From NCBI GenBank assembly GCA_950097015.1, contig CATNEN010000032.1, forward strand, positions 2,604,001 through 2,668,000: 64,000 nt of DNA. Direction: 5' to 3'. Positions 1 through 12,300 of the stretch are shown in pieces (positions within the stretch are counted from its first letter, which is position 1; each line of letters starts with the position of its first letter). The stretch comes from Macrostomum hystrix (lineage: Eukaryota; Animalia; Platyhelminthes). The notes beneath the pieces were generated by a model that did no database searches, was not told the DNA's origin, and saw nothing but the letters and a program-made list of their open reading frames with translations. The translations under genes and the position numbers were made by a program.

Positions 1-270
1 CTATTGGGGATTGGAGTTTTTGGAATTGGAATTTTGGGGATTGGACTATTTGGGGATTGGACTATTGGGGATCGGACTATTGGGGATTGGAGTTTTTGGA
101 ATTGGAATTTTGGGGATTGGACTATTTGGGGATTGGACTATTGGGGATTGGACTATTGGGGATTGGAGTTTTTGGAATTGGAATTTTGGGGATCGGATTT
201 TTTGGGAGCGAACTATTGGCGGTGGAACTATTGGGGATTGGACTATTGGGGATTGGACTATTGGGGGGTT
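1..270. repeat. 15-bp minisatellite (GGACTATTGGGGATT with GGAGTTTTTGGAATT/GGAATTTTGGGGATT variants), ~18 copies, in SCHIP1 intron; runs off left edge
   Basis: Direct reading of tandem units; explains ORFs 4..300, 11..316 and 57..272. Confidence 0.95.
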
Positions 271-328
271 AGCTTTCGGGGATTATCAGCAGTTGGGTGA
301 GGCGAATACAGATTAGGTTTGAGCTCAC

Positions 329-3300
329 TCTCTATGCGGCTCAGCAGATCATTGTGAATGACCTGTAGCGCCCCCAAGCTCAGCTGCTGCAGGTGAGCTC
401 GATGGAACCTCCGAGCGGCGGTTGAGCTGACGCCCATGAGCTCGGCGACGAGGTCACGGCTGGCCCGGCTGCGCTGCTCGTGACGCTCGACCTCCAGCTG
501 CATCCTGGCCATCGGGCGGACCACGTCATTTCTTCCCCCTGTGGAAGGCCACGTCATTTCTTCCCCCTGTGGAAGGACCACGTCATTTCTCCACCCTGTG
601 GAAGGACCACGTCATTTCTTCCCCCTGTGGAAGGACCACGTCATTTCTTCCCCCCGTGGAAGGACCACGTCATTTCTCCACCCTGTGGAAGGACCTCGTC
701 ATTTCTTCCCCCTGTGGAAGGACCACGTCATTTCTTCCCCCCGTGGAAGGACCACGTCATTTCTCCACCCTGTGGAAGGACCACGTCATTTCTTCCCCCT
801 GTGGAAGGACCACGTCATTTCTTCCCCCCGTGGAAGGACCACGTCATTTCTCCACCCTGTGGAAGGACCACGTCATTTCTCCACCCTGTGGAAGGACCAC
901 GTCATTTCTTCCCCCTGTGGAAGGACCACGTCATTTCTTCCCCCCGTGGAAGGACCACGTCATTTCTCCACCCTGTGGAAGGACCACGTCATTTCTTCCC
1001 CCTGTGGAAGGACCACGTCATTTCTTCCCCCCGTGGAAGGACCACGTCATTTCTCCACCCTGTGGAAGGACCACGTCATTTCTTCCCCCCGTGGAAGGAC
1101 CACGTCATTTCTTCCCTCTGTGGAAGGACCACGTCATTTCTCCACCCTGTGGAAGGACCACGTCATTTCTTCCCCCCGTGGAAGGACCACGTCATTTCTT
1201 CCCCCTGGGGAAGGACCACGTCATTTCTTCCCCCTGGGGAAGGACCACGTCATTTCTTCCCCCTGGGGAAGGACCACGTCATTGATCTTCTCCCTGGGGA
1301 AGGACCACGTCATTTCTTCTCCCTCGGGAAGGACCACGTCATTTCTCCCCCCTGGGGAAGGACCACGTTATTTCTTCCCCCTGGGGAAGCACCACGTCAT
1401 TTCTTTGCCCCTGGGGAAGCACCACGTCATTTCTTCCCCCCTGTGGAAGGACCACGTCATTTCTTCCCCCTGGGGAAGGACCACATCATTTCTTCTCCCT
1501 TGGGAAGGACCACGTCATTTCTTCTCCCTGGGGAAGGACCATGGGGCTATTTTAAATACCCACTGCCTACTTCCCGATAGTAAAAAACTGGAGATCTACA
1601 AATTAGTCGAATTCGCACCTGTGCAAGAGCCAGCTGAGCTTCGGCCTGCAGCCGCGCCTGCCTAGTCAGCAGGACCTCGCTGGCCTCCGCACAGCCGTCT
1701 GACGCACCGGCGGCGGTCATTGCCGAACCGGATCCGGAAGCAGATAGACTTGCGCCCGTCATCTGGCTGTCTGAGGCCCTCGACGGGTGCATCTGGGAGG
1801 AAACGGAATCAGTAGATTGCTTAGCGACTAGCAATAGAGCTCCCCTTTAATGGGGTGTCACTGGCGACACCTCAGATTTAACAGTAGGACTACCAAGCCA
1901 TTTTTTCGCCCGTTTTTATATGAAGGGCGTGAACCCCCTGAATTTTTTGGCAGCGCCTGAATGCCAACAGCGTTGGGTGGAGACTGATTGGTTGATAGAC
2001 TAGGCGATGGTGTACTGTGGTTGAGCTGCGCCTAATATTGAGGCTTGATCAGTGAAATTTGAGAAATTCGCGCCAGGGTGTCCATAGTGGCCTAGTTCCA
2101 CCTGTTGTAGCCATTGAATCTCCAGCAGCGAGATCGTCTAGATAAAGGTAGGTGACCACCGAAGGCGGAGATGATGCAGGCACATTCGGGTGACACGCTG
2201 ATAAATTTTGAAGGCCTAGCAAGGCACAGTGCTAATTCGTGTATAGGGGTGTATGAAATACACTAGAGCTTATGGGAAAAATCTGACTTTCGGCCAGAAA
2301 CATTGTATATCTCGACGGTCTGAAGAGCTGGCAACTTGATTCTTGCTTCAGAAGATGCGCAACAAAAAGTTGGCCCGTGTTCATAAGTTTCGTGTGCTTT
2401 CGTTGCTCCGTTCGGTTGCAGCCCCCCCTTGGTAGCTCTACTGTTTATGTCATCCCCTGAGTCTGTTTGGCTCACTCACCTCAACCTTGAACGAGTCGCA
2501 GATGCCAGAGTCAGACACCAGCGTGGACGAGTGGGCACTAGCGGCAGTAGAGCCTTCCGCGTCAGCCGCGTCTACTTCGTCCGCCTCTTCGCAGACGCCG
2601 TCACCTCCGCCTCTGCTGGCCGCGTTGTCGTCTTCTTCGTCGCTGGTGAGGTCGCTGATGAAGCACAGCTGCATAGGAGCGGCGGCCTGAGGACGAACAA
2701 GATGGAGCAAGTCGCGGTGTACATCAAGAAGGTTCAAATAATATTAAATTCTCTCACCTGAGACACCTTCGCGCGTCGTCGCCTCGGCTGCTGCTGTCCT
2801 CTCAGCTCGCCGTTGACGCCAGATTTTGGCGCGCCTCCGAGTGCGTCGGCATGGCTCGCCTCGTCAGAGCAGTCGCTATCGGAGGCAGCGTCATTGCGGA
2901 AGCACATCTCCATGCCATTGGGCTCGCCATTGTGCGTCATGGTAGCCGTTGCAGAGGACGCCGTTGTGGCCGTGGAAGATGTCAGATTGGCGCTGCCGAA
3001 CCAGCCAGCAGCCGCCGATGCCGAGGCCAGGCCACTGTCATCGTCATCTTCGGCGGACATCGAGAGCGCCTGGAGCACCCGCTCCCGCTCTGACAAGCCC
3101 GCAGTCTCCTTGAGTAGCGGTGTGGATTGACAAGTGGGAGTCAGTTTGGTATGCGAGCTCAGCGGAGCTTCGAGCGATTGGTCTGAGCAATCAGATGTCA
3201 TTCGAAAATTGTTTTAATTGGAAGAATAAACATGCGATCTGAATGTTAAATACAGGGGGCGAGGCTTTACACACGCATGGCTAGGAAGTGCACACTCGCT

Positions 3301-6300
3301 ATGCGTTCATGATTGGGCCTCTTGGGCATAAATTACACAACAAGCCACATTCCCTTCTCCCCGTCTCTCCCCTATATGTACATAGCATGTACATTGGCAT
3401 ATCGATCGACATCACCAATGTGATGTCGACCAACGACCATAAACCGACCCGCTATGTACATTAGTGCAAGTACAATATATATATGATAATGCAGATTGAA
3501 AAAGCTTAACTTACACTACAATAGTACGAGTAAGTTATTTTTGTGATCCTTAACCGCTTTGTTAAACTCCTGTCTCGAAATCAGTTTTCAGCATTTTTAC
3601 AGAGGAGAATGAGACTGAGTAGTTCTCAACTCACCGCTGAAGCTTTTACAAGATCATTAGTGAGAAATTACCGAGAAAAAAATGCGGAAAGGAGCCTCGA
3701 GGCAAGACCTCCCTCATTTCATTATGTCTCTCTTCTTTGCAAACTTTCCACTGGGGCGAAAGTGACAGGGGCGGCGGAAAAATAGACTTTGCAGAAAATC
3801 TAATTTGCCAAAGCGTGAAGCTTGTAATTACTAGCGGAGAAGGATGTAGCGGACTTCTTAGTTCTTACGAAGTTTTTTAGGATCCAAAATTCGTGATTGA
3901 TTTTGTCTCTGTAATGAGAGTTTTTTTAAACACGTCATTAAAGCCTGGACTAGCCTAGACTACAGGCTTTTGCGCTTAAAATAAACAATTGACGCGTTTT
4001 TCTTTGAGAATTTTCTGTTTAGAAGTCAAGAAAAGTGAGGACTAAAGCTGCTCACAGAGGCGAGCCTCGAGTGGCACTCCTTGCTGCTCCAGCCGTCACA
4101 CCAAGTTTAACTGAGCCTCTCTAACAAGGGCAGCAGCAGTAGCAGCAGCAGCGGCGGCATTCATTTGCAAAGCTAAATTACACTTCAGCTGACATTGCGT
4201 CGGCTCTGGTCTTTCGCTACTTTTCTACGTCGCTCGATTTTCCCCTCTACGTGCGCCCTTCTCCTCATCCTCTTTCCAACTCTCAAAATCCCCTCGCCTC
4301 CTCAATTTGGTCTGCCAGCTTTATAAGGACTCGAAAGGAATCGTTAACTGATCAATCTTGACAGACGGCTCGAGTCGACAGACTACTCAACAAGCGCTGT
4401 TGGTCTCATTTCTCCATTCGAGCAAACGGGATCTTCATGGGACGGGATGAATTTGGACGGGATGAATTTGGACGGGATGAATTTGGATGGGACGAATTTG
4501 GACGGGATGATTTTGGACGGGATGAATTTGGATGGGATGAATTTGGACGGGATGAATTTGGACGGGATGAATTTGGACGGGATGAATTTGGACGGGATGA
4601 ATTTGGACGGGATGAATTTGGACGGGATGAATTTGGACGGGATGAATTTGGACGGGATGAATTTGGACGGGATGAATTTGGACGGGATGAATTTGGACGG
4701 GATGAATTTGGACGGGATGAATTTGGACGGGATGAAACGACGCAGAGTTCGGAGGCCGTGCTCGCCCGCGCATTACCTGTGGACATTGTTCCGGTTCGTA
4801 GATCCATCTGGCAGAGCGCAGGCCAAGCATATCGGGAGGTCCGAGCCACAGCTCGCTTACAGCGGCCAGGAATCCGGAGCCGGGGCGCGGCCGCTGCTGC
4901 ATCGATGGCGGGCAGCCGCCCCGCAAGGAGCAGCTGCTATTGACGTTGCTAAGCTGTTGCTGACTGACGCCCAGCGCTGGCTCCCGCTTCTGCTACCAAA
5001 TGTCTTCTTAGCAATGCGAGGTCGAGTGCGCGTGGGCCTTTGTATGCCGTCCTTCGTTAGCTTCGGGACTTGGTTGGTTGGGAAGAATCGGGGAAGAGGG
5101 AAGGAGGGTGGCTGGGACAGGGGTGTGTGTTCTACGTGCCTTCCTCAGCCAAGTCTGTTTACCGCGCAGTCCCGTGCGTTGATTCTGGTTTTCCGCCGTT
5201 CAAGTCGCCCCCCCGTTTTGGAGCTCGGACCAAACGAAAAAAAAGAATTGGGAAAATAGTGAGGGGATACAGCCGCCCACCTCAGTCAGGGGTAATCGAG
5301 ATGGAAGGCAATGGCATGAGATAAGAAAGGGGATAATGCCGGGCTACGGCGTGCGCGCATTGATATGTGGATAAAATTTCCATCTCAAATGATCTTCCCT
5401 CGCTATCTCAGATCCCTCAGCATCATCTCCCGGCTCAGACAATTGGGAAGCCTCCTTCCTTTCTGACGAAAGAAGGCTTAGGCCTTCCTAAAAAATAAAG
5501 AAGTAAGTTAATTTTCCGCGACGGCGCAAGTCTGCATGCGGATAGATTTATATCGAATTAGGTCTACCAGATCCCTACAATAAATGAGCCTGGAAGTCAG
5601 CTATGACGGTCTCTCTCGCATTCTCAACCCTATACACTCGTATATTTTCTCGCACCCCCAGGTCACATTCTTCGTTTGTTCCCCAAGGGATTTTAGGCCG
5701 GAGCATCAAGGGGCAACGGGGGAAATCCCAGAAATGTCGTTATAAAAATAAATAAAGCGCGCTGGAAACTGGCATCGCTAGGAAAAAAGAGAAATAAATT
5801 ATTATTCAATATTCTGCAGAGTCGCGGGTTTAGTTTAAAGTAGAGAATAATATTATTTATCTTGTATGAGAAAATTATGTCAGCTAAAATCTGATTGGAC
5901 GACAGGGTTTAATTTCGCGGCAAACTTTGTGGCTATTTTTAGAAATCCGTATGGGGAAGCCCAGCTTTAACCGCTCTCCACTTAAGTCACGTGACTTGGC
6001 ATCAGCCAATGAAGCTTTTGAAACGTAAACGTAACGTAAAACGCCTGCCCGAAGAAACTTTATGGAGTACCTGACTCATCAGGTAAGAAAAATGTTATGC
6101 ATCGCTAAGTATGGAGTCTTCCATTTTTTCCATCGCAAACCAATCAATACTCTGAATAATGATTGCTGTTAAGGTGAGCTCTGGGACAAAGTCTGCGGGA
6201 TCTGGGCAAGAAAAATTCAATCACGACCTTGTTTTCATTTCCTTAGGGAGATTTTGTGCTCTCAGTGAGACTACTGACCAATACCGACTTTTTTATGTAG

Positions 6301-9300
6301 CCACTCCAACTTGCTGGGCTAAAGAGTTTTTGCTATATCTTAATCGAAATTCGCTTTTTTTCTCTTTTCACTTCTTTTCTCATTTAACGATCAACTTTGA
6401 CGTAGACTAAAAGTATTTTTTATTTCGTTCTTGAACAAAAAGTTTTTAAATTAGAGACAAAGGAAAAGATGAAAAACTTGAACTTGTCGCAACCTTTTAA
6501 TATGACTGAAGGCAATCGACAGGTCCGCCGATGCCGCAGCCTAAAATATATTCGAAAAAATATCCAGCTTGAAAACTATTTTTCTGAAGGAGGAGTTCGC
6601 TCTCATAAAGCTGGGATGAAGCTTGTTTAAAACAGAAGCTAAATTATGGCGAAAACAATTTTACATAGCCTTGGAACTCACCCTTCGCATGGATACAGCT
6701 TGCCCGTCTTCCGCAGAAGATACAGCAAGAGCAGCAGCATCAGCAGCAACTGACGGAGCCGTTGTACCCGAGAACAGCTCAGCCAGGCGCTCTTCTCGAC
6801 AAGGCCGCATCTCCGGCGCTGTCAGTGCGGTCAGCGGGACCTGCACTAACTGATAAGTCTCCTTGGAGGCCGCGCATTCGTCTGCCTCTCCGGACTCGTG
6901 CTGGCCGTTCTCTCCGTCATCCAGCTCGTCTCTGTGTTGCTCTTCCTCCTCGTCGGAATCGTCGAAGTCGCTGCGGCCCAGCCGGTGCAGATTGAACGGC
7001 AGGGCGTGCGCGTTTCGACGCTTCAGTTCGGCGAACTCCTGCGCCAGGCTCAAAAAGTTGGCCTTGCGCTCCTCGCGCCTGGCCTCCTCCGCGGCCTCCT
7101 CGAGGTCCTCCGGCCGAGCGCCCCGCATCTGCTGCTGCTCTTGGTGCTGCTGAAATCGACTGCGCTGCGGGGAAGTCGACGAGGTTGGCGTCGTTGGCGG
7201 CGACGCTGGCGGAGCGTCGACGAAGCGTTCGCTGCCCGTGAGCGGATGCAGGCGAGGACGCAGCAGTGCGTCCTGACTGGCCAGCTGCTCCTTCATCAGC
7301 TTGCCAACCTCGCCCATGAGCTCCGAGCAGTCGGACATGATGGAGAGCGAATCGGCCTCCTTAAGCTGCTCAAGCCGACGGCTGCGCAGCGGGGTGGCGT
7401 TCGCCGCCGATGTGGCCGGCAGAGCCTCGCAGACAGTGGCGCCGCCCAGGTTGTCCTCGGTGTTGGAGGCGGACACTCGCATCCAGTCGCTGAACGAGTT
7501 GGAGTTGCGCATGATGTCACTGCTGAAGCAGCTGCTGATGCTGGCCGTCATGTAGCCGGAGGTCGCCAGGGTCCGCTGCGCGACCTCCTCCTCAGCGGCC
7601 TCCTGGTCAACTCCGCCAAGGCCACCGAGGCCCGAGCTGACGCCGCCGCCGATGCCGCCACCTCGATAGCGGCGGTAGCGCCGCCAGGCTCGCTGAATAC
7701 TGTAAAAAATCGGGCGGCAAAGATAAAAAATGATCTAAATTCGCTACTTGTACTACTGATTCTGACCAGAAAAGTAGCACAAAGAAAATTTCAGCATCGC
7801 TTTCTAAGCTCCACTAGAAATTTATACACAGGCTAAACTGTGTTTAGTGAGCAGACTTGCGTGCCACTGAGCAAGCCCTCCTAAGATTAGCACCGATGGA
7901 GTGCTGGGAGTGAAATAATGAAGCCTTAATAGATCAAATCATATCTAACATATTAAAATCCCAAACTGACGGATTGAAATCCCAAACTGACGGATTGAAA
8001 TCCCAAACTGACGGATTGAAATCCCAAACTGACGGATTGAAATCCCAAACTGACAGATTGAAATCCCAAACTGACCGATTGAAATCCCAAACTGGCAGAT
8101 TAAAATTAAATCCCAAACTAACGGATTGAAATCCCGAACTGACCGATTGGAATCCCAAACTGACGGATTGAAATCCCAAACTGACGGATTGGAATCCCAA
8201 ACTAAGAGATTGAAATCCCAAACTGACGGATTGGAATCCCAAACTAAGAGATTGAAATCCCAAACTGACGGATTGGAATTCCAAACTAAGAATAAAAGTA
8301 AATCCAAACTAACGGATTGAAATCCCAAACTGACGGATTGAAATCCCAAACTGACGGATTGGAATCCCAAACTAAGAGATTGAAATCCCAAACTGACGGA
8401 TTGGAATCCCAAACTGACGGATTGGAATCCCAAACTGACGGATTGGAATCCCAAACTGACGGATTGAAATCCCAAACTGACGGATTGAAATCCCAAACTG
8501 GCAGATTAAAATTAAATCCCAAACTAACGGATTGAAATCCCAAACTGACGGATTGAAATCCCAAACTGGCGGATTGGAATCCCAAACTAAGAGATTGAAA
8601 TCCCAAACTAACGGATTGAAGTCCCGAACTGACCGATTGGAATCCCAAACTGACGGATTGAAATCCCAAACTGACGGATTGGAATCCCAAACTAAGAGAT
8701 TGAAATCCCAAACTGACGGATTGGAATCCCAAACTAAGAGATTGAAATCCCAAACTGACAGATTGAAATCCCAAACTGACAGATTGAAATCCCAAACTGA
8801 CAGATTCAAATCCCAAACTGACAGATTGAAATCCCAAAATGACTGATTGAAATCCCGAACTGACAGATTAAAATTAAATCCCAAACTAACGGATTGAGAT
8901 CCCGAACTGACCGATTGGAATCCCAATCTGACTGATTGAAATCCCAAACTGACAGATTGAAATCCCAAACTGACAGATTGAAATCCCAAACTGGCAGATT
9001 AAAATTAAATCCCAAACTAACGGATTGAAATCCCGAATTGACCGATTGGAATCCCAAACTGACGGATTGGAATCCCAAACTGACGGATTGAAATCCCAAA
9101 CTGACGGATTGGAATCCCAAACTAAGAGATTGAAATCCCAAACTGACAGATTGAAATCCCAAACTGACGGATTGAAATCCAAAACTGACTGATTGAAATC
9201 CCAAACTGACGGATTGGAATCCCAAACTAAGAGATTGAAATCCCAAACTGACTGATTGAAATCCCAAACTGACAGATTGAAATCCAAAACTGACAGATTG

Positions 9301-12300
9301 AAATCCCAAACTGACAGATTGAAAATCTCAAAGTAACGGGATTTAACTCTAACAATGAGAAATCCCAGACTAATGTCTCGTAGATTCAAATCCCAATCTA
9401 ACTGACTTGATCAGTTAGTCCCAAGGAAAGCCAGATTTGGAATTTTGAAAATCCCTAAGTATCAGATTAAAATCCTTGTCTAACGGAGAAAGTATTTATT
9501 TCACAATCGATCCATATTTCAAGTTCCAGACCCAATATGAGAGATACGCAGGTCTGCAGGTCTGCATAATTTACAAATCTACCAGTGCAAGCTAATTGCA
9601 GAAAAATACTATATTTTTTCCATCACTGCACAGCTTACGAACCAGGAAATGTTTGGCGGCATAAGAAACTTAAGGATCTGCAGCAGACACTTTCTGCCAC
9701 AGCGGAAATATACTCGCATTTTGCAGATAAGGGACACAGGCAAACTCGCATTCCACAAAATATTGCCGCCGTCAGTTGCTGGGAGACAGGATCTACGATG
9801 CCTCTCTCACCGAACATTTCCCCTGTGGTCTATACGCATTTTAAAGTGCAAAAGCAAAGCTGTTTCTTGCAAGAGACGTTTGTTGCTGCAGCAGCAGCAG
9901 CTGCAGCAGCTGCTGCTGCTGCTGCACTGTCCGCCGAACCTTGGCTTCCTAAGCCTTCCAAAAATGGGGATTAGCTGGGTGATGGCGAGGGACCATCATG
10001 AGGTAAGCGAAATTAGCCGCCTTTTTAGATGGTGAGTGTGAAGTGCTGATAGAATTCGTTCTGTCGGCTTTGGTTTAAATTTTTTTACCGCCTGCTTAGC
10101 TGTAAAAAAACACGTTTTATCTGGCACTAGACATGGCTGAGGACTCATTTTCAAATGGTATCTTGGGTGCTGGGAGAGTGACAATTGGAAGACTGAGAGA
10201 GTGACAACTGGAAGACTGGGAGAGTGACAGATGGAAGACTGGGAGAGTGACAACTGGAAGACTGGGAGAGTGACAGATGGAAGACTGGGAGAGTGACAAT
10301 TGGAAGACTGGGAGAGTGACAGATGGAAGACTGGGAGAGTGACAGATAGAAGACTGGGAGAGTGAAAGATGGAAGACTGGGAGAGTGACAGATGGAAGAC
10401 TGGGAGAGTGACAACTGGAAGACTGGGAGAGTGACAACTGGAAGACTGGGAGAGTGACAACTGGAAGACTGGGAGAGTGACAACTGGAAGACTGGGAGAG
10501 TGACAGATGGAAGACTGGGAGAGTGACAGATGGAAGACTGGGAGAGTGACAGATGGAAGACTGGGAGAGTGACAGATGGAAGACTGGGAGAGTGACAGAT
10601 GGAAGACTGGGAGAGTGACAGATGGAAGACTGGGAGAGTGGCAGATGGAAGACTGGGAGAGTGACAGATGGAAGACTGGGAGAGTGACAGATGGAAAACT
10701 GGGAGAGTGACAACTGGAAGACTGGGAGAGGGACAGATGGAAGACTGGGAGAGTGACAACTGGAAGACTGGGAGAGTGACAGATGGAAGACTGGGAGAGT
10801 GACAACTGGAAGACTGGGAGAGTGACAGATGGAAGACTGGGAGAGTGACAACTGGAAGACTGGGAGAGGGACAGATGGAAGACTGGGAGAGTGACAACTG
10901 GAAGACTGGGAGAGTGACAGATGGAAGACTGGGAGAGTGACAACTGGAAGACTGGGAGAGTGACAGATGGAAGACTGGGAGAGTGACAGATGGAAGACTG
11001 GGAGAGTGACAGATGGAAGACTGGGAGAGTGACAGATGGAAGACTGGGAGAGTGACAACTGGAAGACTGGGAGAGTGACAATTGGAAGACTGGGAGAGTG
11101 ACAATTGGAAGACTGAGAGAGTGACAACTGGAAGACTGGGAGAGTGACAGATGGAAGACTGGGAGAGTGACAGATGGAAGACTGGGAGAGTGACAACTGG
11201 AAGACTGGGAGAGTGACAATTGGAAGACTGGGAGAGTGACAATTGGAAGACTGAGAGAGTGACAACTGGAAGACTGGGAGAGTGACAGATGGAAGACTGG
11301 GAGAGTGAAAGATGGAAGACTGGGAGAGTGACAGATGGAAGACTGGGAGAGTGACAACTGGAAGACTGGGAGAGTGACAGATAGGAAGACTGGGAGAGTG
11401 AAAGATGGAAGACTGGGAGAGTGACAGATAGAAGACTGGGAGAGTGAAAGATGGAAGACTGGGAGAGTGACAATTGGAAGACTGAGAGAGTGACAACTGG
11501 AAGACTGGGAGAGTGACAGATGGAAGACTGGGAGAGTGACAGATGGAAGACTGGGAGAGTGACAACTGGAAGACTGGGAGAGTGACAATTGGAAGACTGG
11601 GAGAGTGACAATTGGAAGACTGAGAGAGTGACAACTGGAAGACTGGGAGAGTGACAGATGGAAGACTGGGAGAGTGAAAGATGGAAGACTGGGAGAGTGA
11701 CAGATGGAAGACTGGGAGAGTGACAACTGGAAGACTGGGAGAGTGACAGATAGAAGACTGGGAGAGTGAAAGATGGAAGACTGGGAGAGTGACAGATAGA
11801 AGACTGGGAGAGTGAAAGATGGAAGACTGGGAGAGTGACAACTGGAAGACTGGGAGGGTGACAGATGGAAGACTGGGAGAGTGAAAGATGGAAGACTGGG
11901 AGAGTGACAGATGGAAGACTGGGAGAGTGACAACTGGAAGACTGGGAGAGTGACAGATGGAAGACTGGGAGAGTGACTGTGGTTGGAGCAAAAAGGCATT
12001 AATGAATGATTCTGGTATCAAAGCAGACAGGAGCGAGTTACTAGGACGAACATTATCCCAATAATTTTTGCAAATAAATGCAATTTGGAACTTCCCCCTT
12101 CGTGGTGAACAAATCCAGCATTTTTCTCAGTTCAGTTTCACATTGAAGCACCCAACAGGCCTGTGGCACTTCGAAATATCCCAATTAGGATTTTTTCCTT
12201 CTGCTTCTGAGGATAAATTGCCATGTGTGTGCACTTAGATAAGAAGAAAAGTGTTCTGTTTGTTGGCAAAACAAGCCTTGCTGGAATTTTCAAGTGCTGG

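Noticed and set aside
1-270. Telomeric repeat
   Set aside because: The unit is 15 bp with variants, not TTAGGG-like, and it sits in an intron.
4447-5259. 270-aa plus-strand ORF
   Set aside because: Mostly the 15-bp repeat; the unique part is better explained as the minus-strand exon 4989-4777 with phase-compatible splice sites.
6898-7836. 312-aa plus-strand ORF and other antisense ORFs over GC-rich exons (e.g. 25042-25464, 43678-44217)
   Set aside because: Shadows of real opposite-strand exons with GC-rich codon usage; no recognisable motifs.
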